DNA from: Prasinococcaceae sp. CCMP 1430
Lineage: Eukaryota > Plantae > Prasinodermophyta
Direction: 5' to 3'
Length of the DNA: 47,658 nt
NCBI GenBank assembly: GCA_013416795.1
Contig: RQSC01000154.1
Span: forward strand, 1-47,658
This document shows, piece after piece, positions 46,719 to 47,658 of the stretch. The translations under genes were made by a program, and so were the position numbers. The notes under the pieces were generated by a model. That model did no database searches. It had not been told where the DNA came from and saw only the letters and a program-made list of their open reading frames with translations. Each line of letters starts with the position of its first letter. Position 1 is the first letter of the stretch.

Positions 46719-47658
46719 CGCGGCGCATGCGCGCAGCGCTGCCAGTCGTGCGAGCAAGGCGCCGGGCCTCTCTGTCTCTCCTTTCCTCCGAGGAGTCTCT
46801 GTTGGCCCTCTCCAATCTTCGCTGCACTGTGCTCCCGCTCCTTTTGCGTGTGTGATGATTGCGCGCGCTCTCGGCTGCCACAGCCTGTCGCTCGCCGTGA
46901 ACACGACAAGAACGGCGGGCACCATCAGGCCGTGAGGACGTTGGGCGTCTCGTGGCCGCGAGGGTGCGGTGTGCTGGGCGCGCGCGTCGTCTGGGACCTC
47001 TGGCATTTTGCGGCTGTTTGCTGGGGTGGGACGGACGCGCGCGCGGGGTTTGCTGGTCCCTTGCGCGTGCGGCAGGGCGCGTGCCCGGCATCTGCGTTGC
47101 CTTTTGATGGCATCTCCTCCCGCACGGCGGCGACGCTGGTAGCACACACTTTCGGCGCGCCGCGCGTGGAGTGGCAACGGCGCGCGAGCAAATCTGGCCG
47201 CACGCGCTCAGCCTCGTAACGAAGGCGCGATATCTGCCTGCCAGCTGGCGGACAGGAAATCGCCGCCCAACCGTCTCCAAGACGTAACTCCTCGCCGCGA
47301 GATATTTCGTGCAAGCTCGGCGGGCGCCGAGGCGGCGGGGTCGCGTGGAGTTGGGGGCTGCGACGACGGTGAGGCGGCCGCGTCCCCACCGTGCAGACCC
47401 GTTGACTCCCACGACGCGCGCCTCGTCATGCGCGCCTCGCACTGATGGGATGCACTCATCTGTGGAAGCAGTCCGGCGGCCGGCGATCGAAACGCCGCCT
47501 GAAAAAAAAAAAACAGGTCCGAGAGGGTCAAAATGAGAGGGAGCGCACTCGCGAGCTGCAAGTCTCCCGTGGCGGATCGATGCCACGGGCGGTGTGCAAA
47601 CCGAATCGCGCGCCGCGCGGCCCGCGGCGCGGCGTGGATTCGATCCGGCCGCGCGCGC

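Noticed and set aside
46925-47389. SET-domain-like phrase EISRGEELRL
   Set aside because: No NHSC motif or conserved Tyr, and the surrounding sequence is not coding-like.

Overview
Gene-dense, very GC-rich (about 70% by eye, not computed) eukaryotic nuclear DNA, most consistent with a compact green-algal (prasinophyte-like) genome. Supporting signs: short GT-AG introns with GTGCG/GTACG donors and CTGAC branch points, TGTAA poly(A) signals behind many genes, plant-type TTTAGGG-like motifs, and several plant/plastid-lineage gene families. About 25 protein-coding genes are supportable: sulfotransferase, divergent FtsZ/ARC3-like protein, VPS37, DUF866, biotin ligase, RING, TPR, ALKBH1, DnaJ, peroxisomal enoyl-CoA isomerase, amino-acid transporter, PPIL6, voltage-sensor adenylyl cyclase, VAR3/OZ-like protein, RBM39, epsilon-tubulin, ARID-HSP20, ShKT-P4H, class 3 lipase, Pro/Thr-rich secreted protein, DnaJ-type zinc finger and several unknowns. 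No rRNA, tRNA or CRISPR array was seen. There are three N gaps and one poly-G run that is probably an artefact. The most striking non-genic structure is a 437-bp element at 2295-2731 with exact split direct repeats (A-x-B-A-y-B) joined at a 5-bp CATTA core and extensive internal base-pairing. It resembles a miniature non-autonomous tyrosine-recombinase (PAT/TOC1/Ngaro-like) retroelement or a two-cassette array. Other highlights are a GTPase-degenerate FtsZ lacking MORN repeats, an OZ/VAR3 homolog with an RGG tail in place of zinc fingers, and AT-rich first introns carrying telomere-like and TTTTGATTTT motifs. All family assignments come from motif recognition by eye, not from database searches.
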